A DNA stretch of 64,000 bases, from assembly GCF_006345805.1 (NCBI RefSeq), contig NC_043009.1, positions 20,646,001 through 20,710,000 on the forward strand, given 5' to 3'. The notes under the pieces are model-generated. The model saw nothing but the letters and a program-made list of their open reading frames with translations. It was not told the origin of the DNA and ran no database searches. The number at the start of each line of letters is the position of its first letter. Within the stretch, counting starts at the first letter, position 1. The DNA comes from Octopus sinensis. Taxonomy: Eukaryota. The position numbers and the translations under genes were made by a program. Of this stretch, positions 25,136 to 38,084 are shown piece after piece.

Positions 25136-25304
25136 CTTAATGTTGATCAAGAACTATATCTCCATCAACTTCAAATATTTCTGGTCAAGAAGACAATTTC
25201 TGCCCTGTTCAACAGAGATCGATATATAAAATCCCTTGAATCGATCTTTTTAAGTTTGCTGCTCGTCGACAGAAGGGAGATAAGTGTAACACGTACTCTC
25301 AAAC

Positions 25305-25313
25305 TTTCCCGCC
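25305..25313 (+). promoter_or_regulatory. E2F site in the RPA2 5' region
   Basis: TTTCCCGCC 28 bp upstream of the ATG. RPA2 is an established E2F target in mammals. DRE-like GATCGATA at about 25217. Confidence 0.55.
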
Positions 25314-25340
25314 ATAATTGTTCCATTCGACGAAAGCAGA

Positions 25341-25359
25341 ATGTGGAGCACACAAGGAG
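25341..25359 (+). CDS. RPA2: RPA2 exon 1 (MWSTQG, phase 1)
   Basis: ATGTGGAGCACACAAGGAG|gtaagt; MW start and phase-1 intron as in vertebrate RPA2. Confidence 0.85.
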
Positions 25360-28300
25360 GTAAGTCTCTTATGGAAACAGCTAAATTACACCTCGGAATC
25401 CTTTTGAAAATACATTTTATAGAATATTTAATCGAAGAGTAAACTTTGGCATAACTTCAATTCCTTGAAGAAGTCAAACAAGATTTATATCTAGGACTGT
25501 CACCTTAAATCTGTTCAGTCCATGTTCAATATGTATTTGTAAATTTTGACAGAAGAAGGAAGAGGTACTTTGATGGATCTTATAAATGTTTAGTTATATT
25601 CTACATTTTGAGTTCTAATCCTAACAGTATCAGTTCAGCTTTTCATCTGGACCAATAGAATAGATGCAAGGTTGTTGTTTTAACCCCAAGTTGACTCATT
25701 AATCGCACATACAGTCAAATGTTTTCTGGACATGACCATCTCGACGAGTATTTACTTTTCTATGTATAATAAAGTAATCTGGATTGTATTATCTAACGTT
25801 CTTCCTTTTTTACGACAATAGAGTATGATTTGAAGGAAATTTAACAGCATTTTCAGCTCCTCCTTTACAATCCATTTACTAACATCAATTATATATTCTC
25901 GCTCGTTAATGTGCGAACTTGGCGATTTTGCAAGAAAACTTTTACGACGATAAAATTGTCTTTAAATTCACATACGACATAATGCTTGTTATGGTTTTTG
26001 AATATTTATATACTTGTCATTGTTTACAACTGTCCTCTTCCTAACTTGAAATGTGTCTTTTTTTAACCAATTCTAATACATTCTTCTAATAAATTAAAAT
26101 ATAGTAAAAGCAATAGTTTTTACTTGGCGGGAAATGTTCCAACATCTCTCAGTCTCATCACCTGTTGGGGGTTAAATACCTTGAAATCGTGAATTATTTC
26201 ATAGACAGGGATAAAGGAAGAGACTCAATACTGGTACTGACTTGGTTTTATGCTTACTATAAGAATTCTTTCTCCTCTAGGCACAAGGCCCGAAATTTTA
26301 GGGTGGGGGTTAGCCAATTACATCGACCCCAATGCTCAGCTGGTACCTTTTTTTTTTATCAATCATGAAAGGCAAAGTCGATCTGAGGGGAATTTGAACT
26401 CACAACATAAAGACGGATGAAATGCTACTAAGCTAACGATTCTACCAGTAGTGAGTCTATCGAAAAAACATTTTTTAAAATATTTCGGAATATATTGACT
26501 CTGAAATATTTGATCTCAGTTTTGAAATTTCCATTCCGTTGTCTCAAAGAGTTTTCTTAAGGCGTCAGTTTTTGGGAACTTCCCGTCATAAATCGCCACG
26601 TTAATTCAAAAGTAAGCGAAAATCGACTAAAATTATCAGTTCCTCTCTTACTTTAATTTTCTTGAATTCCTTTTTACTAACAGAAGTTATTGAAAGCAAT
26701 TTGAAAGTAAGAAATGTATTTTTAAGTAGTTTATAAATGGACGTCTTTTTTCTTTGTATGTCACGATTTAATGAAATGAAAAAGATGTTTTAATTGTGGA
26801 TTAACTAAGCCACAAATACTTCTTTGTTTCTTAAGAATTAATAAAGTGTCTTTGTTAACACTGGAGAGACATATCTGCCTCGTCGTCCTGTTACAATGAC
26901 TTTTCTTCACTTACATCAACAACAAACTGAGGTAATTAAAATAATTTAATTTACATCGTAATAAATTCATCTTCATAGATTTTATCCGCAGAAAATACAG
27001 ACACCGCTAATCGTTATTTAAAGTTTTTATCCGAGTAAATAAGTGGCCATTAACAACGAAAAGGAAATTTAAAGAGAAAAATATTGTTTCCTTATGTTCT
27101 GGAAATCTTTAGAAATATATTTTGGAAATAACAATCAAGAAACTGAATTTGTACAGTAAGCTATCACTGAGACAGAAGAAATAATTCCACATCAAGAAAT
27201 AAATTTCGGGTACCCTAAAGCCAGACATCAGTAATTGATCAAAATCACGAAATACTGAACTAAAAGGCTTTGAATTTGCTGCCTTTTTACAAGATTCCTT
27301 GCTTTCGTTTCAAAATATTATATGATTTTTTTTTCTATTTTTGATGTGATAGGGAGAATACTTGGAGGTATTCTTGTAATATTGCAATCCCCAAGTAGAA
27401 TCAGGAGTGTGACAATAAAAACTAATTAATGAAAGTATTATGATACTTGCCTAACAACTCCCTCATTATTGACTTCGGAATTGTTTTTAGTTATAAGTGA
27501 ACAATGAATTTACATTGTAATTACAAAAAATGTTTATGAAACTAAAACTATGTTTAAAGATAATTGGAATATCAGTTATTATGTTTCTATTTCAAGTGTA
27601 TATAAATAGCATATATTATATAATGAAACTTTGGATTTAATAAATAAACAACGTTTGTGTTTATAAACAATTTTTCCAGTTTCATTTTCTAAATTTGTCT
27701 GCTGTTTTTAACTCCCCAATTCTTCTTGAGACACAGTATTAATAAAATGAGTGTCATTAGGTGATACAATAACTCACAATGAATTTAGTGGACAATGATT
27801 ATGGAAATTTGTAACAATACATTCTTTGCCTGTCAGAGAGCAGAGTTCTTGGAATTGATGCCATAAACATTTAACAACTAATCACAAGCATCTCTGTCCC
27901 TGATTTATCACAAGAATACTAGTATGGTAGCTGCCATTCCTTTATTGCTATTAATATGTATTTCTTTACTAACTACAAGGGGACAAACAAGGACAGACAA
28001 GCGGATTAAGTCGATTACATCGACCCCAGGGCATAACTGGTACTTAATTTATCAACCCCGAAAGGATGAAAGGCAAAGTCAACCATGGCAGAATTTGAAC
28101 TCAGAACGTAATGGCAGACGAAATACAGCTACGCATTTCACCCGGCATGCTGACGTTTCTGCCAGCTCGCCACCATTATTGCTATTAATGTGTCATTGCC
28201 ATGGTTGCTGGTCTGGTATCTTGGAGTGGTTGGAACTGTCTTGCCTATAAGTGTCTGTGCTTGTGTATTTAGTTATCTCCTTCCTCTTTACCGTATTCAT

Positions 28301-31300
28301 TGGGAATGGTGAGTGTCTGCCCACTTAGATATGAAAAGCCAACACCTCAAACATCTGTGCTCTGTTTTTTTCTCCTCCTACATTGCACCCAGAGTTCTGC
28401 TATTCTGCTGATGTTGATAATCTACATAATGGGACTGGCTGAAATATATATTGAGCATTTATCACCATTATTTATGACTTTTGTTAAACACTGATAAGGT
28501 GAATTACTTAAATTATTTCATGTTTCAAAAAGCATGTAATCCTGGCAGTTAATTTGATGCAACATGTATATGTTTTATAAAACATAAAATACTATGTATA
28601 TTTTAAACCACCTTACATATAGTACTAATAAAATTTTTATTAATACTATATGTGGTTGGTGTTAGGAAGGGCATCCAGCCATAAAAACCCTGTCAAAACA
28701 GACAGTGAAACCTGATGTTGTCTCCAGCCCCTGTTAAACCATCCTACCCATGCCAGCATGGAAAATACTTTAAATGATGATTTATACACACACACATACA
28801 ACTCCACACCCACAAAACTTGGTCTTATTATCTCTACTGTTATGTTTCTACCGAAGGAAATCTGACAATATTTTTTATTTATTGTAGGTTATGACAGTTA
28901 CAACCCTAACCAGACGCAAGGTGGTGGGGGTTATATGTCCCCTGCTGGCATGGATCCAGCAAACAAGGACTCAAAGGTTTGTTATTCAAATGACTTGTCA
29001 TTGCAATTTTAATTAATTTTTGTGATTATGTCTGGAGTATTCATTGTTTTAGAGAATTCTTCAGATGTTGTGTGAGGCAGATTCAAGTAATTACAGACTG
29101 AAGTTAGGGGCCATCGTTATAATGTAACGAGGACAAGCAATTTTCGTTGAATAATAAATGTGGTGAGGAGAGGAAAATATTGATTTAATGATTATTGTTT
29201 TAATCTGGGCTTGAAGCAAGCACAGGTAACAACCCTGGACTTATTTTAATCATATTAGAACTCTTCAGCAATTTGAACTGTCTCTGTTCTTGCCACATTT
29301 GTGACAAAAAAGCCACCACATTGCTATGCATAAGTAGACATCCAAAATAATCACAGAACACAGTTCGAATGGGTATCAGGTATTAGAAATGTTGGTTATG
29401 TTTAGCTTCTATAATTGTATTATTTGCTGATGCCATCTTTTTGTATTGTTTCAGTCACGAGAGGATAAAGTCGAATACATCATGCCAGTCACCATTTCTG
29501 AAATATTAAATGCTTCTCAGAATTTAGATGAATTCTTTTCTGGGAATATCAAAATTTCACAGGTCAGATATGTTTTTCCCCCCCCCCCCCCCCTTTTAAT
29601 ATTTTTTTTAATGTCATTTCCCTGCTAGTTTGATCATCAGATTTGAGTTTACAGCAAATGATAAATTTTTCTTTCTGAAACCGGTTGCATGATGAATTAG
29701 ATGTTCAGTGCTGGCTTATCATCCTCATTTAGCATCCATTGTCCATGCTTGTATAGGTTGGAAGGTTTGACCAGGGCTGGTGAGCTGAGGGGTTGCACCA
29801 GACTCCAGTCTGATTTGGCATGGTTTCTATGGCTGGATGCCCTTCCTAATGTCAACCACTCCAAAAGTGTAATGGGTGTTTTTACTTGCCACTGGCATGG
29901 GTACCAGCTGTGTGACACCAGTATCTGCCACGACTCTGATTTCATTTGACTTGATGGGTTTTCTTAGAACTGTATGAATCATCATCGTCACGTTTTAATG
30001 TTTGCATGGGTTTGAGAGAATTTGTCAAAGTGGATTTTCTACAGCTGGGTGCCCTTCCTGTCACCAACCCTAAATAAGGTAATATCCCCCCCCCCTTAAG
30101 GCCAAACATGCTTTTCACAGAAGACTAGAAACAAACAACACTGCTTCCATGATGGTGCTGCTCACTTATGGCCATTACATGATGTCAAGACAAGGATACA
30201 CACACACACACACGTGTGTGTGTGTGTGTAATTTAATCAAAAAGAAGCAGAGAAACAATATGAATAGCCAGTGGCTTCTATTTGAATAACAGACAAATCC
30301 AAGTTTATGAAATACTATTCAATGCGCATTCTTGATTTATTAAAATTATCTCCACCTCTAAATGATGTATCATAATTGCCAAATGGTAATTAAAACGACC
30401 CCACCCCCAGTTGAGAGGGGGTGGCAGATAATTGCAGGATTCAGCAAATTCTCTAGAATCGATGTGCCAATTATTGAAAAGGACAAACTTGTTGTGTGGA
30501 TAGAAAAGGACAGCTGTGGGTACAGGTTTCCGGCTGAGTAGGCGTCATCAGCTCAAGAATTGTCCATGTGTACGTTTCAAACTCCTTTGCCTGCTGTTGA
30601 TATTAATTTAATTTTCTTAAAAAATATTCTCTACCAAAATATAATTTACATTTATGTTGTATAATAGGATAAGAGTTGTAACGAGTTATTGTGAGTTGTT
30701 CCCCTTGGTTCAGTTGACATTAATGTAAAAATCATTTGTTCCCTGTCCATTTTACATGCTAGCATGGATTTTATGGCTGGCTGCTCTTTTTTTAGAGCCA
30801 TTCCTTACCTGTTTTTAAGTGAAGGATATTTTCCTTTTATTCCTCAGCTCTTTAAAGGCACAGAGCACCTTGTCATGGTGTCAATGAATATAAACATTGT
30901 CGCTACTTTGCTCAAGCATGAAATATCAAGTCACACATTTATGACTCTTTAAGTCTTTTTTTTTTCATTTCTTTAGAAATAGTTCAATTCCTCTTTGACA
31001 TACATTTCTATAAACTTTATTTCACTCTTATTTATTTTAAAAGTTTCATCAATATACGTATTTTGTAAATATTAAAACAATTGAAAGCTGGATTTTTCAC
31101 TTAAGTACCTTTTTGCAATTTTAAAATCTTTTTCAAAATATAAAACTTATTCAAATAAATTTAAATAACTGAATATTAATTCTTTAATATCACTGTAGTT
31201 TTTCTTAATAAAATTATCATTACAAAACATAACCATACTTTTTAAATTTAAAAATGTTAATGTATCATTTCATAAGCCATCAGCATAATTCTTACAATTG

Positions 31301-34300
31301 CTATTAGACATCCAGCCAACCTTCTGCCCATAGAAGACCAAACCTTCATATTCTTTCCTTTTATTGACCAAATATTGAACAATCAAATAAATTATCCTTT
31401 GTTTAGAGACTTCAACAGTTGCTTGTAGCTTTCAGGACACAAACTTACTAAATGAAATCTGAACTGGCTGCGAATGGATGTTGGTCTCTCTCTCTCTCTC
31501 TCTCTCACAACAGTGTGGCTGCCTTCTCAACATTTCTTTACAGCTACTTGGCCACTCAACCAACCCCCAACCCCAACACTTTGTTCACATATTTTAATTC
31601 TACTTAATGGTTTCATTCTCCTATTAACTGTAGAGGAGTGGGAGTGATTAACAAATGACTGGCTGGTGATTTTTTTCTTTTCTTTTTTTAATTAGGTGAC
31701 CTTTGTTGGTTTAGTGCTTTCAGTGAAAGAATTACCAATTCGACTGGACTATGAAGTTGGAGACTGTACTGGACCTTCTATTGAAGTGAAACAATATGTA
31801 GATAATCGGGTGAGTTGTGTTTACTTTTATTGGGTTGATGGTCATACTGGAGCACTGCCTTTGCTGGTTTTAGTCAGTTAAACCCAAGTATTTAAACTGA
31901 TGCTAATTTTATGAAATGGTTTAAATTTTACCAGGGTCTTATAAGAGAGCCCTCCCCCTTATGTGGACTTAAAGACCATAAACTGGTTTCCACACAGCAG
32001 GCTGCCTCATAGTTTCTATGAACTCAATTTCATCAAGAAAACTTCGGTTACTGTGGAGTTACATTAGAAGATGCTGACTTAAGGAATTGCCCAGCAGAAT
32101 CAGACCTAGAACTGTGTCAGTTTAAAATAAGCAGCTTAACCAAACACTTTCAGCTGCTTCTGATAAATTCCTAAACATTTAAAAAAACCCACTTATTTTG
32201 AGTAATGTTTGGAAGAATATGAAGTTGCAAAATAAATAAAAAAAATCAAGCATAGCCTTTCATTGATTAAATTGTCACTAATATTTGGTATTGATTTGTT
32301 TTTTAATGAAAAAATGTACTTGTCTGATTATGATGCTGCTTGTCTGAATTTTTATAGCAGTAAATTCTTGTGTAAAGTACATTTTATGTATGATAGATGG
32401 GTGCCAATCAGGCGGTGCTGTCATTGGCCACAACAATGACTTCACTTGCCTCAACAGGTCTTTGCAAGTGCAGTTTATTGCCCAATGGTTGAAGGGTACT
32501 CTTAAATGGGCCTGTTACACTTCATTGGCATAGGTCACGTTTACAGTCTCAGTTGGCTTGCCGGGTCTTCTCAAGCACAGCATATCTCCAAAGGTCTCGG
32601 TCACTTGTCATCCCCTGAGTGTAGAGTATCATATATTGGTAGCTATGATGGAGCCATCATCATCATCTAACATTCATTTTCCATGCTGGTATGGGTTGGA
32701 CAGTTTGACTGGCCAGAGGACTAAACCAGGCTCCAGTGTTTGTCATTCATATAAATAAACTAATTTACTCTATTAAAGATTTGATGAGAAATCTTTCTAA
32801 GTGTAACTTTAAACATTTCTGAATTGTAGGATGATGTTCCTGAAAATGAGAAGATAAAATCTCTTGCAGAGAAGACATATGTCCGGGTGTCGGGACATAT
32901 TAGGTTAGTGGAGGGAAAACGATCTATTGTGGCCTTTAAAATAATTCCTTTGACAGATATAAATGAATTAACAGTCCACATTCTTGAAGTTATCCATTCC
33001 CACTTGATGTACAATTCAAATGCTCATCTGGTAAGTATTATTATTATAATTATTATTTTGTCTTTTGTTGACTGTTTAGTGTGATCAGTGGCTGTGAGTG
33101 TAAGAAGATGCCTCTGCTAGCACAATAAGTTTGGTTTCAATCCTGATGCGCAGCATTATGAGCTACTTTCTTCTACCATAATGGCATGTGATCTGTGGAA
33201 AGGAGTCTGTGTGTGTGTATCAATGGGAAAACGTTTGAAATGGTGCTCATTGAATGAAGTCCTTTGCAATATTTCTTCTGCTTTGAATTACAAACACTCC
33301 CTTGTCTCTCACTGCCAGAAATAGTGCACTAAGAACGTTGTTCACTGAATGTAGTGTAAATGTGATGTGGTGGGGGAGATGGAGATCAGCTGCATGGCAG
33401 GTTACATGAGTGGCAGAAAGATGAGTGTGACTCATCTTAGCTGTGGAGTGTAATCAGTCAATAATTCCTTTATTGTGATGGTGAGACGACACCATCTGTC
33501 ACACAAATGGCTTCGATAAGAAAGTTATCCAGTATCTTAGTGACCAAACAACACCCACTGAAAGAAGAGTCACAGCTGATTCCTTTTACTGTTTGAGAAA
33601 ACTAAAAATGTACTCATGCCAGTGGGGCAAATGGGCATAAAATGACTGATTTCTATGTTAGATGTCAGGACAGCTATATTGACTAATTTGCTTCTTTTAT
33701 ATATCTACACAGATATATTGGTTAATTACTTTTTTTTTTCTTTCTAATTTATTGCATTCTTATCTAGCAGAATGGAGAAAAGGCTGCACTAACCAATGAT
33801 TATGATACATCATCTGTTGGAATTCCTGGTCTTGGACATTTGCACAATCAGGTTTGCATGGCTGTTCTTCTCTCTTTCATTTAGAAATGTCTTTCTAGAT
33901 TTGAAAATGTATGTCTTATTGGCAGGTTTGTATTCTTAACCCAATCTCTGTTGGGTACAATTTCAGTAAAGAATTGATGTTTAGTGATGGAACATGATGA
34001 AAGTGTGTGTGAAGCCTAAATACTTAGATATTCTTACATTTACTACATGTCTGTGTGTGTGTTGCTCTGGTTAACAAGTTGCTTCACAGCGACGTGGTGT
34101 CAGGTTCAATCTTACACTATGACACCTGAAGCAAGAGTGTTCTGCTGTAGCCTTCAGCTGGCCAAAAGCTTGTCAATGCAATTTGATCAAATTAGAAAAA
34201 GAAAATTAAAAGCTTTTGATGGAAGGATTTAAGTAATAATGATAATAATAATAATAATAATAGCAGCAGGAATTACAGTTCCAACCTATTGTTATTGTTA

Positions 34301-37300
34301 CTATTGTATTAGTCTCAATGAAATATTTAATAGACAACACTCTCACTCAAATATTTAATAGACTACCTCTCACTCGAATTACATATGCTCACCTAAATAT
34401 ATTGATTTCAATTTTTGGCACAAGGCCAGCAGTTTTGGGGGGAAGGTGTTGAGTCAATAACATTGACCCCAGTACTCGACTAGTACTTTATCAACCCCAA
34501 AAAGATGAAAGACAAAGTCGACCTTGGCAATATTTGAACTCAGAACATAAAGACAAACAAAATACCACTTATTATTTTGCCTGGCATGCTAACAATTCTG
34601 CCAGTTTGCCACCATGTTCACTCAAATATATTCCTCACAAACTGTTGCTTATCTCTGATTAATTCTTTAGCTCCTTCCAAACTCTGAAAAGTGGAATATT
34701 TCTGACTTCAAAGTTGTTTTTTTTTTTTTTTTTTAATTTCACCTCTTTATACTGGCGTTAGGAAGGGCATCCAGCCGCAGAAACACTGCCAGATCTGACT
34801 GGGCCTGATGAAGCCTTCTGGCTTCACAGACCCCAGTTGAACCGTCCAACCCATGCTAGCATGGAAAACGGACGCTAAACGATGATGATGATGATGATGA
34901 TACTAAAGTAGTAGCTATTGTTGTTAAGCTGCAGGTCAGCATTAATCCAACAGACAACAGGTATTCCAGCCACAACATCATGGATCTTTCTTTTACATGT
35001 AGTGCATCTAAAACGATATTATCCAGTGTGTCCTTTTTTTGTGTGTGTTAGGAATGATTTGACTGCTATTTTTAGGATAAGCAGGATTTGAAGAGAATTA
35101 ACTCCCATCCTGCTAATCTTTAGTTTTAACTGCTTATTGGTTGTGGATTTCAGCCACTGGACCATGTCCATGCTGGGGCACCTCCTGCAGAGGTTTTAGT
35201 CAATTATATTGGCTATAGTATTCAATTCCATCTGCTACTGATTTTATCAAATGTCTACAGTTGCCTTTTTCCCATAAAAGTTTGCAATTCAACAACCCAG
35301 TTACCATCGTAATGCACAATTGTAGAACACACACACATACATATATATAGTGTGTGTAGGCGTAACTGTGGTTAAGCAGTTTACTTAACAACTATGTTAT
35401 TTTGGGTTTGATCTACCTGCATGGTTCTATATATAGCAAGTGTCTTTGCCAAAGTTTTGAAATGACCAATGCATCATCATCATCATCATACCTTCATCGA
35501 AAATTTGGTTGACAGAAACTATACAGAAGCCCTTGTATGTGTGTGTATTTGTCTCTGCATGTCTTTATATTGATGCTGTTTGGGCAGTGGTGACATTTGT
35601 CTATATCTTGCTTGGAAGTTTGTGTAGAACATTGAAATAAAATATTCTTTGTGAAAAGTTTATCATTGTATTTTACAAATAGAATAAACAAACCGTCCAG
35701 CCCATGCCAGCATGGAAAATGGACGTTAAACGATGATGATGAAATCAGTATTTTATTTTTCAGTAAAATATATTTGATTTTTAATTGAATTTGTTTTATT
35801 TTTTGTGCCACAGGTCCATCAGATTATTAAATCATGTACAACAGAAGAAGGTTGTAGCATTGATGAAGTCATACAAAAACTGAGAGGCGTTCCAGAACAG
35901 TCTGTCAAGTAAAACTTAATTATCTTAATTTAAACAGTAACCAATCAAAACTCGAGTCTGGAGTTTTGATTGAAAGATTTAGCTAATGTTTCTAATTGGT
36001 CATTTTACCACATCTCCTTCAATAACCCCACTCTAAGAGTATTTTATCTTTGATAAACCCCTAAAATAGTAGAACTAAAGGGGTTCTGGACCTTTAATTG
36101 TGGTTGCTTATTTTATACCTAACAATTCTCACAGACAGTAATTGTTTCTGAGAATCGTTTCAAAATAGCCAACAAATGGCTGATACATGAGACCTGCTAC
36201 CTTGCAGACTAAATACATTTGTTGAAGTTGCAGGTCACCACTTTTGGTCTTGCACCACAGGAGGTCATGCTAAAAGGACAAAGGACAGAAATGCAACAAA
36301 ATTTCAATGTTGAACTAATTATAGAAACTAATTAATAATTATTTCAGGTTTTAGAAGTCAACATAGCATTGCAGGTATTTGGAAGTTTAATTACTACATT
36401 CCTGGTTGAGTTGATCAAAGACATTCCAGCTGTGACCATCCCCTCTTTTTAGGAGTATGTCCTGGACAACATTTTCTAATGTGTTCTTTGCTTATTTAAG
36501 CTGATACTGTGTAATTTTGGGGAGATTTAGCTACTGTTCTCTGTAAGTTTGTCTCTGGTTACAATATAGACAACTTATTGAATCCAGTATAAACATGTCT
36601 TGGAATATTCCAACATCCTTTTGGATCATATCACTGAATTTCTAGCTATACTGATAATGTCAATAGTTCAGATTGTAAATAGGAATCCCCCCATCTCCCC
36701 ATTACCCTCACTTTCATTCTTGTCCATCAAGAAGCTCCAGCAGAAAAGGCTGCATCAAACCCATTTTGCACCCAATCCACCCTTTTGCTTCTGCCAGTCA
36801 TCACTCACTCTCACCCACCCCATCTTCTGTCTTTAGCAAATGTACATGTTTTAAGAGCAGTTTTACAGTAAAGTGGTTGACCAACTAAAATAGGCTCAAA
36901 GGGATAACAACCTGTCTAGTGCTGCTGTTGTGATCAACTGCATCCAGTAGACTCACACATAAAGAGGTTGGGCAAACATGTGAAGAAAGAATAGGCTGTA
37001 GAGGAGCCTCTTGTCTCCTGACAACCTCCCTAGTGCTTGTGATGTGATAAAATGCATCCTGTACATGCTGGAGGAAAGATACTCTCGATAGAAAACGTGC
37101 AAGATTGTGGTGGTGGCGAAGCTTATGGCCCATCTGTAAGAGTAATGACTCCCAATAAGAATAGATTCAGAGTAAAGACCCATGCCAGCATGGAAAGCTA
37201 ACAAATGGCCACAAGATCTCTTTGTATATTTACTTTGTTTCAGCCATTTTACTTGTATCAAATCTGATATGTTTTGACTTTACTAAGTTAATTTATAATA

Positions 37301-37432
37301 ATTAATTATTTTGTTGATATTAGTCTAATAAATTTCTCTTTTGTTCACAGAGATGTCATTAACTTTCTGAGTGGAGAAGGACATATATATTCTACAATTT
37401 CTGAGAACTATTTCAAAATCACAGACGGGTGA
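25341..37432 (+). CDS. RPA2: Replication protein A 32 kDa subunit, 8 coding exons, 263 aa
   Basis: Exons 25341-25359, 28888-28976, 29455-29562, 31696-31809, 32830-33030, 33768-33851, 35814-35908 and 37351-37432. All GT-AG, phases consistent, 792 nt. The protein aligns with RPA32: IMPVTISEIL, VTFVGLV, YVRVSGHIR...SIVAFKIIPLTDINELTVHILEVIHSH, FLSGEGHIYSTI. Confidence 0.95.
26124..26134 (-). promoter_or_regulatory. Perfect E2F site in RPA2 intron 1
   Basis: TTGGCGGGAAA (= TTTCCCGCCAA) within a relatively CpG-rich stretch. Confidence 0.45.
27955..28175 (-). mobile_element. tRNA-derived SINE
   Basis: The minus strand reads ggcgagctggcagaaacgtcagcatgccgggtgaaatgcgtagc...ttctgagttcaaattctgcc..gactttgcctttcatcctttcggggttgataaattaagtacc. 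Related copies at about 26275-26450, 34410-34615, 39500-39700 and 43650-43880. Confidence 0.8.
28888..28976 (+). CDS. RPA2: RPA2 exon 2 (N-terminal phosphorylation domain)
   Basis: tgtag|GT TAT GAC...TCA AAG|gtttgt; GYDSYNPNQTQGGGGYMSPAGMDPANKDSK. Confidence 0.9.
29455..29562 (+). CDS. RPA2: RPA2 exon 3
   Basis: SREDKVEYIMPVTISEILNASQNLDEFFSGNIKISQ|gtcaga. Confidence 0.95.
29715..29960 (-). mobile_element. RTE-tail SINE-like repeat
   Basis: Same family motif as 1262-1595. Further copies at about 12835-13010, 28655-28782, 32390-32750, 34752-34901, 35690-35742, 42690-42830, 52697-52960 and 56830-56980. Confidence 0.7.
30517..30555 (-). ncRNA. Degenerate minimal type I hammerhead ribozyme motif (intronic, antisense to RPA2)
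   Basis: The minus strand reads tgag CTGATGA cgcct-actc-agccg GAAA c-ct-gta ccca. Stem I has one A.C mismatch and stem II one C.C mismatch; GUA triplet. Confidence 0.55.
31696..31809 (+). CDS. RPA2: RPA2 exon 4
   Basis: VTFVGLVLSVKELPIRLDYEVGDCTGPSIEVKQYVDNR|gtgagt. Confidence 0.95.
32830..33030 (+). CDS. RPA2: RPA2 exon 5
   Basis: DDVPENEKIKSLAEKTYVRVSGHIRLVEGKRSIVAFKIIPLTDINELTVHILEVIHSHLMYNSNAHL|gtaagt. Confidence 0.95.
33768..33851 (+). CDS. RPA2: RPA2 exon 6 (linker; NAGNAG acceptor, alternative start 33771)
   Basis: tctagcag|; (Q)NGEKAALTNDYDTSSVGIPGLGHLHNQ|gtttgc; phase 0-0. Confidence 0.85.
35814..35908 (+). CDS. RPA2: RPA2 exon 7 (winged helix)
   Basis: VHQIIKSCTTEEGCSIDEVIQKLRGVPEQSV(K)|gtaaaa. 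Confidence 0.92.
37351..37432 (+). CDS. RPA2: RPA2 exon 8 (terminal)
   Basis: cacag|A GAT...; DVINFLSGEGHIYSTISENYFKITDG*. Confidence 0.95.
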
Positions 37433-37477
37433 TGAGCATTTCTAAAACTGTTTTAAACTATTGTTTCTTGATTCTGT

Positions 37478-37483
37478 AATAAA
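37478..37483 (+). terminator. Polyadenylation signal of RPA2
   Basis: AATAAA 46 nt after the stop, followed by a U-rich tract. Confidence 0.65.
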
Positions 37484-38084
37484 GTGGAACCATTTTCTAC
37501 CTTAATTTTCCTTTGTTTTGTTTTGCTTTTTTATGAAAAATGTGTTTTTTGAAATTACAAAATAATTTAATTTCTTTTTAGTTTAAAAGTAATCCATATT
37601 TTTTAGAATTCTTGGAAATTTTGATAACATGCTTTCTGAATAGGTAGAATTTCATGAAATCTTTTTCATTAAACAATCATTTTTTTTTTTACTAACGTAA
37701 TATTTACCAAGGCTTTAATATTAATGAAAATTTTAGGAAAAACCAAAAAAGCATTTATCTTTTTAAAGATCATTGAGGTATCACAAAATGGCAATAAGTA
37801 ATTGAAGATGGTTTTCTGTCTCTTTTTCAGCATATCAGCTTCTAAGTTCAGACCTCAATGTAACTGACTGTACAGGTTATCCCTCAAGATAATGAATTTA
37901 CCTATCCTCGTGAATATGAGTCAGAGGGCTTGAGGCACAACACCCACTTCTTGCCACTCGCTACAGTCTAGTGCAGCAGCCATACACTCCTCCAGGGCCC
38001 TCCCCGTTCAGTTCTTGATCTCTTTGCTCCATCTTTGACTATGTCCACCCATCCCCCAACAATGTGAATATAGAGATTCTAAGC

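Noticed and set aside
29600-29645. Other CTGATGA occurrences (29634-29640 minus, 34805, 51566, 53583)
   Set aside because: No pairable stem II and GAAA..UH arrangement, so not hammerheads.
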